This document shows positions 46,164 through 56,169 of a stretch of 64,000 nt of DNA, piece after piece. This DNA is from Bacteroidia bacterium. GTDB lineage: Bacteria > Bacteroidota > Bacteroidia > CAILMK01 > JACPUW01. The notes under the pieces were generated by a model. The model was not told the origin of the DNA and did no database searches. It was given only the letters and a program-made list of their open reading frames with translations. The stretch is taken from contig JAGDZV010000001.1 in the NCBI GenBank assembly GCA_049115495.1, positions 705,907 through 769,906 of the forward strand, read 5' to 3'. Both the position numbers and the translations under genes were made by a program. Numbering within the stretch: the first letter of the stretch is position 1; the number at the start of each line of letters is the position of its first letter.

Positions 46164-47058
46164 TGTTTTAGAAACTTTTGACCTTACTAAAAAGTACGGA
46201 CGAGTTACTGCTGTTAGCAATTTAAGCTTTTCAATAAAGCAAGGGCAGGTTTTTGGGATTCTTGGACCAAACGGAAGCGGTAAAACAACTACCCTTGGTA
46301 TATTATCAGGTGTTACAAATGCTACATCAGGAAACTTTGAGTGGTTTGGGCAAACAGGTGGGCATGAGATTAGACAAAAACAAGGTATAATTTTAGAGCG
46401 CCCCAACTTTTATCCTTATATGAGCGCCTACAAAAACTTAAAAGTTGTTGCTGCTATTAAATCTATTTCTAATGCTGATGAAAGAATTAATAGCGTTTTA
46501 AAACAAGTTGGGCTTTTTGAGAGGAGAAACGACAGGTTTAAGACATACTCATTGGGCATGAAACAACGGCTTTCAATTGGTTCGGCCTTACTGAGCAACC
46601 CTAAGGTTTTGGTACTTGACGAGCCCACAAATGGCCTTGACCCACAAGGTATTGCCGAAATTAGAGAGCTTATAATTCAAATTGCCAAAGAAGGAAAAAC
46701 AATAGTTTTAGCATCTCATTTACTTGACGAGGTGCAAAAGGTTTGTACCGACTTTATGATTCTTAGCAAAGGCAAACTAATGCATCAAGGTCCTGTGGCC
46801 GAAGTAATTGGCGAAACCCAAAAAGTAGAGCTTGCTTCAGAAAATGAAGAGGATTTAAATAAAGCATTAGATCAAATTGACTTTGTAGCGCATAAAAGCT
46901 TTGAAAATGGAGTTTTTAAAGTGGTGCTTACAGATAGCGGAACAGCCGCTGAACTCAATTCTATTTTAAATAACCAAGGAATCGCGCTCAATCATTTGGT
47001 AAAGGTTAAGCAAAGCTTAGAGCAAAAATTCTTAGAAATACTGAAGCAAAATGATTAG
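46159..47058 (+). CDS. ABC transporter ATP-binding protein
   Basis: Walker A (GPNGSGKTT), ABC signature (LSLGMKQRL) and Walker B (VLVLDEPTNGLD). Start taken at MSNVLETF, which overlaps the upstream stop codon (ATGA). Confidence 0.8.
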   Translation, partial: SNVLETFDLTKKYGRVTAVSNLSFSIKQGQVFGILGPNGSGKTTTLGILSGVTNATSGNFEWFGQTGGHEIRQKQGIILERPNFYPYMSAYKNLKVVAAIKSISNADERINSVLKQVGLFERRNDRFKTYSLGMKQRLSIGSALLSNPKVLVLDEPTNGLDPQGIAEIRELIIQIAKEGKTIVLASHLLDEVQKVCTDFMILSKGKLMHQGPVAEVIGETQKVELASENEEDLNKALDQIDFVAHKSFENGVFKVVLTDSGTAAELNSILNNQGIALNHLVKVKQSLEQKFLEILKQND

Positions 47059-47854
47059 GCTAATAAAAATTGAATTCTTAAAGCTAAAGGCATACAAGCC
47101 TTTTTGGATTCTTACAATTCTATATGCGGCTATAATAATTGGGCTCGGCCTTTGGGCGCCTAGTTTTTTAGACTGGTGGAGCGATAAAGGCGCAAGTTTT
47201 AGTGGTATTTTACCCAATACAATGCCAATATTTGAGTACGATGACGTTTGGCAAAACCTTACCTTTTTGGGCAGATTTTTTATGCCATTATTGGCATTTT
47301 TAATAATTACCATTGTTAACAATGAGTTTACTTTCAATACACAAAAGCAAAACATAATTGATGGTATGAGCCGTCTTGAATGGTTTGGTTCTAAGCTTAT
47401 ATTCTTACTTATAATAGTTGTATTCGCAACTTTTCTTCATTTTATTGTGGGTCTTTATTTGGGAGCCAATTACTCAAGTGTTCAAGGCGCCGAGTATGTG
47501 TTTAAAAATATTGCATTTATACCTGCATACGCCTTGCAAGCGCTCTCATTTCTATCGCTTGCTATGCTTATTGTAATCTTAATTAAAAAATCAATTTTAA
47601 GCTTTGGTGTTTTATTGCTTCTTTATTGGCCAGGCGAGCAGTTAATTAGATTCTTCTTACCAGATGCTACCGAAAGTATACACTTTCTTTTCCCTATAAA
47701 AAGTATGATGAACTTAATCCCAAACCCTTTTCCAAAGTACATATTTATGGAAGCTGATTTCAATGTTGACTTTCAGGCGGTATTAATTCAAGTAGCGTAT
47801 ATAATCGTATTTTGGACATTGAGTTACTTCATTTTAAAGAAAAGAGATATTTAG
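47051..47854 (+). CDS. ABC-2 type transporter permease
   Basis: Six hydrophobic helices, overlapping the ATPase gene. Confidence 0.6.
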   Translation: MIRLIKIEFLKLKAYKPFWILTILYAAIIIGLGLWAPSFLDWWSDKGASFSGILPNTMPIFEYDDVWQNLTFLGRFFMPLLAFLIITIVNNEFTFNTQKQNIIDGMSRLEWFGSKLIFLLIIVVFATFLHFIVGLYLGANYSSVQGAEYVFKNIAFIPAYALQALSFLSLAMLIVILIKKSILSFGVLLLLYWPGEQLIRFFLPDATESIHFLFPIKSMMNLIPNPFPKYIFMEADFNVDFQAVLIQVAYIIVFWTLSYFILKKRDI

Positions 47855-47856
47855 CT

Positions 47857-48240
47857 ATGACACAGTTTTTAGGTAATATGAAAAGAAACGACTATTTGGT
47901 TCTATTGCATGTATCTCAGTTTGCGGGGGCTATTGTTCCTATGGCTGGTTTTGTTGTGCCAATTCTACTATGGGCCACCAAAAAAGATGAAGACCAAATG
48001 GTAGACCTTCATGGCCGAATTATATTGAATTGGCTAATTTCAGCATTTATCCTAGGCATTATTGGAGGTGTATTATCAATGATATTTATTGGTATTCCAA
48101 TTCTAATAGTTGTGGGAATTTGCTCTATTGTTTTTCCGATAATTGGGGCTATTAAGGCTGCAAATAAAGAAACATGGCTATATCCGCTTAGCCTTGATAT
48201 ATTAGGTGTAAAGGAAAGAATGGTAGATCGCTGGTATTGA
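47857..48240 (+). CDS. small membrane protein (DUF4870-like)
   Basis: Two long hydrophobic helices. Start taken at MTQFLG, after the permease stop codon. Confidence 0.4.
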   Translation: MTQFLGNMKRNDYLVLLHVSQFAGAIVPMAGFVVPILLWATKKDEDQMVDLHGRIILNWLISAFILGIIGGVLSMIFIGIPILIVVGICSIVFPIIGAIKAANKETWLYPLSLDILGVKERMVDRWY

Positions 48241-48341
48241 TTACGTTTTTCTTAAGGTAGAATTATGGCAATAAAACTATTTTTTTAATTTTATTACTAC
48301 ATTTATAGTTACACATTTAAATATTTAGTTATGTTTGAAGT

Positions 48342-48716
48342 GTGAAAGAGTTAACCAAAGCCGAAGAAGAATTAATGAATGTACTATGGAAGCTTGAAAA
48401 AGCTTTTCTTAAGGACATTATTGAAGCATTCCCAGAACCAAAACCAGCGTATACTACGGTATCAACTGTTCTTAGAGTTCTTGTTAAAAAAGAAGTAGTA
48501 GGGTTTAATACTTATAGCAAAGTACATGAGTATTTTCCTAGAATAAAAAAGAAAGAGTATTTCAAAAACCACTTTTCTAGAATTGCCAAAAGCTTTTTTG
48601 GTGGATCGTACACATCGCTTCTTTCAAACTTTACTAGTGCAGATAATTTAAGCATAACAGATCTTGAAGAGATTAAGAGTTTGATTGATTCTGAAATAAA
48701 AAAGAAGAAAAAATGA
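48342..48716 (+). CDS. BlaI/MecI/CopY-family transcriptional repressor
   Basis: Winged-helix N-terminus (ELMNVLWKLEKAFLKDIIEAFPEPKPAYTTVSTVLRVLVKKEVV). It overlaps the start of the downstream BlaR1-like gene. Confidence 0.7.
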   Translation: MKELTKAEEELMNVLWKLEKAFLKDIIEAFPEPKPAYTTVSTVLRVLVKKEVVGFNTYSKVHEYFPRIKKKEYFKNHFSRIAKSFFGGSYTSLLSNFTSADNLSITDLEEIKSLIDSEIKKKKK

Positions 48717-50068
48717 TGGTTGAGCTTTTAATATCACTGCTAAAAGCCAGCATCATAAGTTTCTTTTTTTATTTGGCTTACATGCTGCTTTTGAGAAAAC
48801 TAAGCTTCTTTTCGCTAAATAGATTAATTCTAATGAGCATAATCCCAATTAGCTTGGCGATAGTACTAAACCCTTTACAAACTCAAATTGAACTACCTAT
48901 AACTCCATTAAATTTTGAGCCGGTAATAGAAGGTTTAATTTTAGAAAATGAAGTACCGATATCTGAAGTAGCCGACATCAACAATTCTATTAGCCCAGTA
49001 ATTTTTTTAATCGTAATCTATATAGTTGGTCTTATACTCACGCTATTTAGCACAATACGAAACGTTTTTTCGGTATCAAAACTTGTGCGTAAAAACAATA
49101 AAATAGAAAATTATGGCACCTACGTGATAGAAATTGATGGGATTAATCCTTCGTCATTTTTCAATTACATTTTTATAGGCTCTAAACTTGACCCTGTACA
49201 AAAGCAAGTGATAATTGCACATGAACAATGGCATTATCAAAAGCTCCATAGCCTTGATTTATTAGTATATCAACTATACAAATCCATCTTTTGGTTTAAC
49301 CCAATTGTATATCTACTCGAAAAAGAACTTAAACAGGTTCATGAATTTCAAGTAGACAAAAAAGTGCTTTTATCAGAAATTGAAAAATCACAATATTTAG
49401 CCTGCTTGGTAAATGCTATTACCTACCCAAAACTAAAATACACCCTAACACATCAATTTTATAATCACCCTTTAAAAAACCGCATTAAAATGATTTCAAA
49501 AACACCATCAAAACCAGTTCAATTATTCAAGTACACTACCCTTTTAATAGTAGTTGCGCTTTCAGCTTATTCTTTTTCAAGCCAAACACAACAAGAATTG
49601 TCACTTACACCTTTAGGCCTTGGTTACAATTTAAACTCGGCCGTTACCCCAACCGATGCTGATAAATACGGAAGTATTCCTTCTATTTCTCCTATTAAGA
49701 GCCCACATTATCTATCGGGTTTTGGCCAAAGACTTAATCCTATTACTAAAGAAAAACATCTTCATAGAGGTATTGATTTAAAAGCTTCAATTGGCACCCC
49801 CGTTTTGGCTACAGGAAATGGAATTGTAAGTGTTGCTGATACTGCTGATAAGTATGGAATTAGAGTAATGATACGAAATACTGAAGTATACGAAACCCAC
49901 TTTACCCATTTAAGCGAAATATTAGTTGAAGAAGGCCAAAAAGTAAAAAAAGGCGACGTAATTGCAAAGTCTGGAAATACTGGTTTAAGTACGGGCCCTC
50001 ATCTACATTACGAAGTAATTGAAAATGGTGAATTTGTTGACCCAGCTAAATTCATTAAGGAGCAGTAG
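48713..50068 (+). CDS. BlaR1-like M56 membrane metallopeptidase fused to C-terminal M23 (LytM) peptidase domain
   Basis: N-terminal TM helices with HExxH (IIAHEQWHY). The C-terminus carries M23 motifs (HRGIDLKASIGTPVLATGNG...GNTGLSTGPHLHYEV). Confidence 0.7.
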   Translation: MMVELLISLLKASIISFFFYLAYMLLLRKLSFFSLNRLILMSIIPISLAIVLNPLQTQIELPITPLNFEPVIEGLILENEVPISEVADINNSISPVIFLIVIYIVGLILTLFSTIRNVFSVSKLVRKNNKIENYGTYVIEIDGINPSSFFNYIFIGSKLDPVQKQVIIAHEQWHYQKLHSLDLLVYQLYKSIFWFNPIVYLLEKELKQVHEFQVDKKVLLSEIEKSQYLACLVNAITYPKLKYTLTHQFYNHPLKNRIKMISKTPSKPVQLFKYTTLLIVVALSAYSFSSQTQQELSLTPLGLGYNLNSAVTPTDADKYGSIPSISPIKSPHYLSGFGQRLNPITKEKHLHRGIDLKASIGTPVLATGNGIVSVADTADKYGIRVMIRNTEVYETHFTHLSEILVEEGQKVKKGDVIAKSGNTGLSTGPHLHYEVIENGEFVDPAKFIKEQ

Positions 50069-51046
50069 TTATTTCTTTCTTTCAATAGTAAATCGCACAA
50101 GCCCTTCAAGGCTATCTCGGTAAGGACCTGGCTCAAAGCTATTCAACACATCAAGTGCTTTGTTTTTGTATTCATGCATTTTTTCTACCGAATACTTTAT
50201 ACCTCCGTGGTCAAAAACAAATTGAGAAATTACGTTTAAGTCTTTCTTCTTGTTTTTAAAGCTCTTTATCCTCTTAATGATAGCCTTGCGCTCCTTCTCA
50301 TCTACGTTTTGAAGCGCATGAATGAGCGGTAAGGTCAATTTCTTTTCTTGTATATCTATGCCCCTTGGCTTGCCTATATCAGAGCCATCTCCATAATCAA
50401 AAAGGTCATCTTTTATCTGAAAAGCAATACCTACACTCTCTCCAAATACACGCATTTTGTCTAGAATTTCGTCATCTTCGGTATTGGAAGAAGCCCCTAT
50501 AGCACAGCAAGATGAAATTAGAGAAGCTGTCTTCTTGGTAATTATGTCAAAATAAACATCTTCGTTTGTATTTAGCTTTCTAGCTTTTTCAAGCTGAAGC
50601 AATTCCCCTTCTGCCATGGCCTTTACGGCTTCGCTTAAGATCTTGAGCATTTTAAACTCATTATTCTGAAGCGACAGCAACAAGCCACTGCTTAATAGGT
50701 AGTCACCAACCAAAACAGCAATCTTATTCTTCCAAAGTGCATTAACTGAGAAAAAACCCCTTCGCTGAAAAGCATCGTCAACCACATCGTCATGAATTAA
50801 GGTTGCCGTATGCATAAGCTCTACCAATGAAGCACCTCTATAAGTTCCTTCATGAATTCCACCTGTAACGCCAGCTGATAGTAAAACGAACATAGGGCGC
50901 ATTTGCTTGCCCTTTCGTTTCACTATATAGGTCATTATACGATCAAGCAAAGGAACTTTAGACGACATAGCAGCCCTAAACTCCTTTTCAAAAACCTTCA
51001 TTTCATTTGCAATGGGCTCTTTTATTTGATTAAGGCTAATGGTCAT
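50069..51046 (-). CDS. polyprenyl diphosphate synthase (IspB-like)
   Basis: First and second aspartate-rich motifs LIHDDVVDD and FQIKDDLFDY. Confidence 0.75.
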   Translation of the reverse strand: MTISLNQIKEPIANEMKVFEKEFRAAMSSKVPLLDRIMTYIVKRKGKQMRPMFVLLSAGVTGGIHEGTYRGASLVELMHTATLIHDDVVDDAFQRRGFFSVNALWKNKIAVLVGDYLLSSGLLLSLQNNEFKMLKILSEAVKAMAEGELLQLEKARKLNTNEDVYFDIITKKTASLISSCCAIGASSNTEDDEILDKMRVFGESVGIAFQIKDDLFDYGDGSDIGKPRGIDIQEKKLTLPLIHALQNVDEKERKAIIKRIKSFKNKKKDLNVISQFVFDHGGIKYSVEKMHEYKNKALDVLNSFEPGPYRDSLEGLVRFTIERKK

Positions 51047-51106
51047 TTAAACAGCTAATCGTTTATTTTTGGACATCGAAATTACTACCAAATCCAACAT
51101 TCTTCA

Positions 51107-51952
51107 ATGGAAATACTACGTAACTTAAAGCTTACTGGAGCTAATAACAAACCAATACTCGCTGATGTTTTCTTTAAAATGGATAGTTTTAATAAACCCG
51201 TGGTTCTCTTTAACCATGGTTTTAAAGGCTTTAAAGATTATGGCTGCTGGAATATGGTAGCAGAACACTTTGCAAGTGAAGGTTTTGTATTTGTAAAGTT
51301 TAATCAAAGTCACAACGGCACTACTCCAGAAAACCCTGAAGATTTTGCTGATCTTGACGCCTTTGGTAAGAACACTTTTAGCAGAGAGCTATACGATATA
51401 AAGCAAATGTTGAAGTGGATAAAAGGCAATACGGCGCTTCCAACTGATTTAATGAATGCCAACGAAGTTTCTATTGTTGGTCATAGCCGCGGTGGTGGCA
51501 CGGCCATATTAGCGGCAAATCAGAACGAAGAAATAAAACGAGTGGTAACATGGGCTTCATTTAAAAACATAGCAGAACGCTACACTGGGCCTTCTTTTGA
51601 AGAATGGCAAAAAAATGGCGTGGTTTACATTGAAAACTCAAGAACCAAGCAACAAATGCCATTGAGCTATGAGATTTACGAAGACTACATGGCAAATGCC
51701 GAAAAGTTTGACATTGAAAAAGCTTGTATTGAAATTACAAAGCCACAATTGATCATTCATGGCACCGAAGACCCTACGGTTATTTTTCAAGATGCTTTAA
51801 AACTTAAGAGCTGGAACAAGGAAGCCGAGCTATTCTTAATTCCAAATGCTAATCATGTCTTTGGTGCAAGTCACCCTTATAATGGAGAAGAATTGCCCCA
51901 TGATTTGGCAATAGCGGTTAAAGAGAGTGTTCGGTTTTTAAAGGGAAATTAG
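51107..51952 (+). CDS. alpha/beta-hydrolase (esterase/DLH-like)
   Basis: Nucleophile elbow GHSRGGG. ~280 aa. Confidence 0.55.
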   Translation: MEILRNLKLTGANNKPILADVFFKMDSFNKPVVLFNHGFKGFKDYGCWNMVAEHFASEGFVFVKFNQSHNGTTPENPEDFADLDAFGKNTFSRELYDIKQMLKWIKGNTALPTDLMNANEVSIVGHSRGGGTAILAANQNEEIKRVVTWASFKNIAERYTGPSFEEWQKNGVVYIENSRTKQQMPLSYEIYEDYMANAEKFDIEKACIEITKPQLIIHGTEDPTVIFQDALKLKSWNKEAELFLIPNANHVFGASHPYNGEELPHDLAIAVKESVRFLKGN

Positions 51953-52001
51953 GTTTACTTTAAGCCTGAAGATTCTAAGCACTTTATTGCGAAGTAAACA
52001 C

Positions 52002-52514
52002 TCATTCTACCACTTCAGAAACCTTCATTGGTAGCTCCGATTTTATTTCATTGATTTTGCTCTGATCCTTTAGCTCTTCATAGGCTTTGCCATACTTATC
52101 TAAAGAGCGTTCATTTCGCATTTCTCTGTAAGCTTTGGCAATTTCATTTTGCACTTGTATGTAGGTATTGTAATTGGCACCTTCATCAGAGTTTAAAGAT
52201 ATAATTGCTAGGTTAGGAGCTATGGGCCAGTTTTTATTTGATCCTTGATTAAGAACCACCTGTTTAATAATGTCCTTTAGTTCATTTGCTGGTACAACCA
52301 CATCATTTACCATCAACACATTATTAGAATTGAGCAATACAAACAACACATTTCGCTTTGGTACATCTACTCTTTCTGATTCTTGATTATTAGGCAACTT
52401 CCGCAGTAGTCCTTTGTCTTGCTCAATTGTTGTTGCAACTAGAAAAAAGATTAGAAGTAGAAAAGCAATATCAGCCATTGAGCCACTGCTAATTTCGGGT
52501 TTAAAACGTTTCAT
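52002..52514 (-). CDS. exbD: ExbD/TolR biopolymer transport protein
   Basis: N-terminal motif SGSMADIAFLLLIFFLVATTI, typical of ExbD/TolR. Confidence 0.7.
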   Translation of the reverse strand: MKRFKPEISSGSMADIAFLLLIFFLVATTIEQDKGLLRKLPNNQESERVDVPKRNVLFVLLNSNNVLMVNDVVVPANELKDIIKQVVLNQGSNKNWPIAPNLAIISLNSDEGANYNTYIQVQNEIAKAYREMRNERSLDKYGKAYEELKDQSKINEIKSELPMKVSEVVE

Positions 52515-52633
52515 AATTTTTTATTTATAAAACGTTTATGCTCTTTACTATAGCTTTTCATTTATAAATTGAAAAGGCACTACTATGAAAGCGGCGATTT
52601 ACTTTGGTAAAAGAAGAAAGGGCTTCTGCATAA

Positions 52634-52666
52634 AACAAAAAAAGGCCCTCGAAAATCAAGGGCCTT
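52634..52666 (-). terminator. rho-independent terminator
   Basis: On the minus strand a GGCCCTTGATTTTCGAGGGCC hairpin is followed by TTTTTTTGTTTT. Confidence 0.5.
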
Positions 52667-52687
52667 TGCTAATTAACTAATTAGTTC

Positions 52688-53149
52688 TTATTCTTCTAAA
52701 GCTTCGTTGGCGCTGTAGTTGATTTTAAGGGCTTCAACCTTACGCAACTCTTGCTTTACTTCAGTTACTATACCCATACGTGTATCAACATCCACCTTCA
52801 GCGACCAAGTAATTTTGGTTCTAAGCTTTGGATCAGTTTCAGCACGTTTTGCTTCAACAAATGCTTGCACATCGCCCACCTGAGCAAATGCATCATCAAG
52901 TTGAAGTCTTGGGGCATCTCCATACTTTTCTCTTTCTACAGGCGATCCCATATACAAGTATTCTGTCAATGATTTTTGCTGCACTTTGGTAACTTCACTA
53001 GCCTGCGGGCGTAGGTTTTTTACCAATAATGAGTTTTGACGAATTACTGTGGCCACCATAAAGAAGAAAATCAACATGAATACAATATCGGGTAAAGACG
53101 ATGTCTGTATTCCCGGGGTTTCTTTGGTTCTTTTCTTAAACTTAGCCAT
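52688..53149 (-). CDS. exbD: ExbD/TolR biopolymer transport protein
   Basis: LPDIVFMLIFFFMVATVI TM segment plus the periplasmic domain. Confidence 0.65.
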   Translation of the reverse strand: MAKFKKRTKETPGIQTSSLPDIVFMLIFFFMVATVIRQNSLLVKNLRPQASEVTKVQQKSLTEYLYMGSPVEREKYGDAPRLQLDDAFAQVGDVQAFVEAKRAETDPKLRTKITWSLKVDVDTRMGIVTEVKQELRKVEALKINYSANEALEE

Positions 53150-53153
53150 GGGA

Positions 53154-53744
53154 TTAATTTACGCTTTCAGAAATATTTGGTTCAGCTTCAGAAACACGCA
53201 TTGGATAAGCTTGCTTAACCTTTTTTACACGTTCTTTCTTTTTTGCTGCTACACTTTTCACTTTCTCGTCTTCAGCATCCTTAGTAAGATCAGCAAAGTT
53301 CTTACCATACAGTTGCATTGAATATTGATCTCTTAACTCTCTAAAGGCCGCAGCAACTTCGTTTTGCACAGCAATGTACATTTTGTAGCTGGTACCAATA
53401 TCATTTTTAAGAGATACAATAGCATCTTGAGGACTATCTGAAAAGTCAGGGTTTCGGCCGTTGTTGTCAACGAATGCTTTTACCGTAGATCTTAGATCTT
53501 CAATTTTAGAGGGCTCACCTTTTACCAAAAGGTCGTCATTTTGGTTTACCCAAACAAAAAGCACGTTGCGCATATTGGCCTTTACCTCTTGTGGAGGGTT
53601 ATTCTCATCAGGCATAGGCGGTAGCTTTCTTAGAATTCCTTTATCTTGATCAATGGTTGTTGCAACCAAGAAGAAGATTAGAAGCAAGAATGCGATGTCG
53701 GCCATTGAGCCTGAGTTGATTTCAGGTATTGCGCGTTTTGGCAT
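53154..53744 (-). CDS. exbD: ExbD/TolR biopolymer transport protein
   Basis: SGSMADIAFLLLIFFLVATTI N-terminus, a paralogue of the gene at 52002-52514. Confidence 0.7.
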   Translation of the reverse strand: MPKRAIPEINSGSMADIAFLLLIFFLVATTIDQDKGILRKLPPMPDENNPPQEVKANMRNVLFVWVNQNDDLLVKGEPSKIEDLRSTVKAFVDNNGRNPDFSDSPQDAIVSLKNDIGTSYKMYIAVQNEVAAAFRELRDQYSMQLYGKNFADLTKDAEDEKVKSVAAKKKERVKKVKQAYPMRVSEAEPNISESVN

Positions 53745-53747
53745 GCT

Positions 53748-54080
53748 TTATTTTTTAATCATTGTGTAAATGGACCCTACAAATCCGGCCAATAATCCAG
53801 CGGCAAGTAGCGTACTGGCTGTACCAATAAATGCTCCAATTAGCTTAGATGTTCCTGAGTCTACTCCGTACTTAAGATAAGATGGTAGTACTTCGTCGCT
53901 GGCAACTGAGTAGCAAATCAAAAAGATTACTAGCAGAAGACCTGTTCCTATTATTGATTTAAGTGCTCCTTTAAAGTCTGAAACTACTGTGAGTATGGCA
54001 AATCCTAGTGCCACCACAACACCCAGTACCAGAAGTACATACCCAAAAGGGAGCAGTATGTCTGTTACAAAATCTTGCAT
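53748..54080 (-). CDS. small membrane protein
   Basis: 110 aa with three hydrophobic helices, lying between exbB and exbD. Confidence 0.4.
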   Translation of the reverse strand: MQDFVTDILLPFGYVLLVLGVVVALGFAILTVVSDFKGALKSIIGTGLLLVIFLICYSVASDEVLPSYLKYGVDSGTSKLIGAFIGTASTLLAAGLLAGFVGSIYTMIKK

Positions 54081-54093
54081 TAATACTGGTTTT

Positions 54094-55023
54094 TTAGTCT
54101 TTCTTTACAATGTTGTACTTAATCATCATATCAATAAGATCGATTGATGCATCTTCCATTTTGTTTACTAGACCATCTACAATTGATGTAATTAAGTTGT
54201 AGAAAATCTGTAGAATAATTGCAGCTATCAAACCTGCAACTGTTGTAAGTAGTGCTACTTTAATACCACCGGCAACTGCTGATGGCTGAATATCACCCAT
54301 TGCTTCAATTTGGTCAAATGCCTGAATCATACCAATTACAGTACCCATGAAACCAAGCATTGGCGCCAATGATATAAATAATGATATCCAAACAAGGCCT
54401 TTTTCTAAAACACCCATTTGAACTGATCCGTAAGAAACCACTGATTTCTCTACTATATCAATTCCTTCTTGTGCTCTATCTAAACCTTGGTAATAAATTG
54501 ATGCAATTGGACCACGAGTATTTCTAGCAATGTCTTTTGCTTTTTCAACGTTTCCGTTTTTCAATTCTACTTCAATGGCATTTTTGAATTGGCGTACATT
54601 GATCCAACTTAGTATTAAAACAATGATACGACCGATTGCAATTGCCAAACCAGCAATTAAACAGATCAATACCGGAGTCATCCACTTCCAGTCACCTTCA
54701 ATGAATTTTTGTTTGATCATTGCATGTCCTGTAAGTTCAGTAACCTCAGGCTCCGCTGCCATTTCAGTTCCTTCATCTTTTGGCTCTTCTTTAGCTTCAG
54801 CTTCTTCTGCAGCTGCCGCTTCAGTTGAGTCTGTTGCAGTTGAGTCAGCTTCTGCTGCTTCTCCTTCGGCAGTTGCTTCATCTCCTTCAGCTGCGGTTTC
54901 TTCTCCTTCAGCCGTAGCTTCTTCTACTGCAGCTCCTTCGTTTCCTTCATCTTGAGCTCTTACTTCAAGTGTTACCAAACTTGCAAAAACTACAAGTGCT
55001 AGTGATAAAAAGATCTTCTTCAT
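54094..55023 (-). CDS. exbB: MotA/TolQ/ExbB proton-channel protein with acidic Ala/Glu-rich N-terminal extension
   Basis: Signal peptide plus a ~90-aa low-complexity E/A/T-rich region, then the ExbB core with three TM helices. Confidence 0.7.
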   Translation of the reverse strand: MKKIFLSLALVVFASLVTLEVRAQDEGNEGAAVEEATAEGEETAAEGDEATAEGEAAEADSTATDSTEAAAAEEAEAKEEPKDEGTEMAAEPEVTELTGHAMIKQKFIEGDWKWMTPVLICLIAGLAIAIGRIIVLILSWINVRQFKNAIEVELKNGNVEKAKDIARNTRGPIASIYYQGLDRAQEGIDIVEKSVVSYGSVQMGVLEKGLVWISLFISLAPMLGFMGTVIGMIQAFDQIEAMGDIQPSAVAGGIKVALLTTVAGLIAAIILQIFYNLITSIVDGLVNKMEDASIDLIDMMIKYNIVKKD

Positions 55024-55090
55024 GACCTGTTAATTTGGTTCTGTTAAAATTATAATTAGTTAATAGTAAACAATTTAAAGAAGTTTTCAG

Positions 55091-55178
55091 CGGAGAGAGA
55101 GGGATTCGAACCCTCGGTACCCTTTTGAGGCACACTCGCTTTCCAGGCGAGCCCGTTCGGCCACTCCGGCACCTCTCC
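55091..55178 (-). tRNA. tRNA-Ser (anticodon GGA)
   Basis: The minus strand reads GGAGAGG-TG-CCGGAGTGGCCGAACGG-GCTCGC-CUGGAAA-GCGAG, then a long variable arm, then GAGGG-TTCGAAT-CCCTC-TCTCTCC-G. 88 nt. Confidence 0.8.
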
Positions 55179-55340
55179 TCTTCAAAATTCGATTATCAAA
55201 GCCTTCTGCTTTTAATCGGCGCAATTTATAAAAATTTTAACACGCCTATTCAAGCTTACTCAAATAGGTAATTATACTTGTGTTAACAAATTGTTTAATG
55301 CCTTTTGTGCCTGAAATATTATCCAAAGCTAATTCAAGTT

Positions 55341-56111
55341 TTATAACCTGAATAACTCAATGGCATTTTTAGTGGTTTTTTCAGCTATTTCATCCAATCC
55401 CACTTCATAAATGGAAGCTAACTTTTGGGCTACAATTGCGGTATATGCGCTTTCATTGCGTTTACCACGATATGGCACTGGAGCTAAATAAGGTGAATCT
55501 GTTTCTAGAATAATCCTTTCTAAACCCAATTGTGGTAAAACAGCGGTATGATTACTTTTTTTAAATGTAGCTACGCCACCAATTCCCATATAAAACCCAG
55601 TTTCTATTACCCGCTTACCTTCATCTACAGTGCCTCCAAAACAGTGAAAAACACCATTTAGGCTTCCATCTTGTTCTTCTTCTACTATTGAAATTGCATC
55701 TTCAAAAGAATTTCGCGTATGAATTGCAACTGGCAACTTTAGTTGCTTTGCCCATTGCAACTGTTGAGAAAAAATATTCTTTTGCTCTTTTATAAAGGTT
55801 TTATCCCAGTAATAGTCGAGGCCAATTTCGCCAACCGCTATATAGCCACCACCAAACAACTCTGCTTCTATTTTAGAAATAGTATTGCTTGAATCAGCAT
55901 TTACAGAGCAAGGGTGCAAGCCCATCATACCGTAACAGTATTTTGGGTAATCCTTAAGCATTCGCTTTAGCGCTGCAATACTATCCAAGTCAATATTGGG
56001 CAAAAGAATATTTTTAATTCCCTGTTGCTTTGCCTTTACAATTACTTGGTCTCTATCTTCATCAAACTGTTCTGCAAACAAATGAGAATGTGTATCAATA
56101 AACGAGTTCAT
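55341..56111 (-). CDS. tatD: TatD-family metal-dependent hydrolase (DNase)
   Basis: IDTHSHL N-terminal motif and a TIM-barrel metal-site pattern (GEIGLDYY, HTRNS, ETDSPY). Confidence 0.75.
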   Translation of the reverse strand: MNSFIDTHSHLFAEQFDEDRDQVIVKAKQQGIKNILLPNIDLDSIAALKRMLKDYPKYCYGMMGLHPCSVNADSSNTISKIEAELFGGGYIAVGEIGLDYYWDKTFIKEQKNIFSQQLQWAKQLKLPVAIHTRNSFEDAISIVEEEQDGSLNGVFHCFGGTVDEGKRVIETGFYMGIGGVATFKKSNHTAVLPQLGLERIILETDSPYLAPVPYRGKRNESAYTAIVAQKLASIYEVGLDEIAEKTTKNAIELFRL

Positions 56112-56169
56112 AGATATTTGCGTTATTCTTGAAGTGCTCCTACTTAAAAAGCCAAAGTTAAACGCATAA

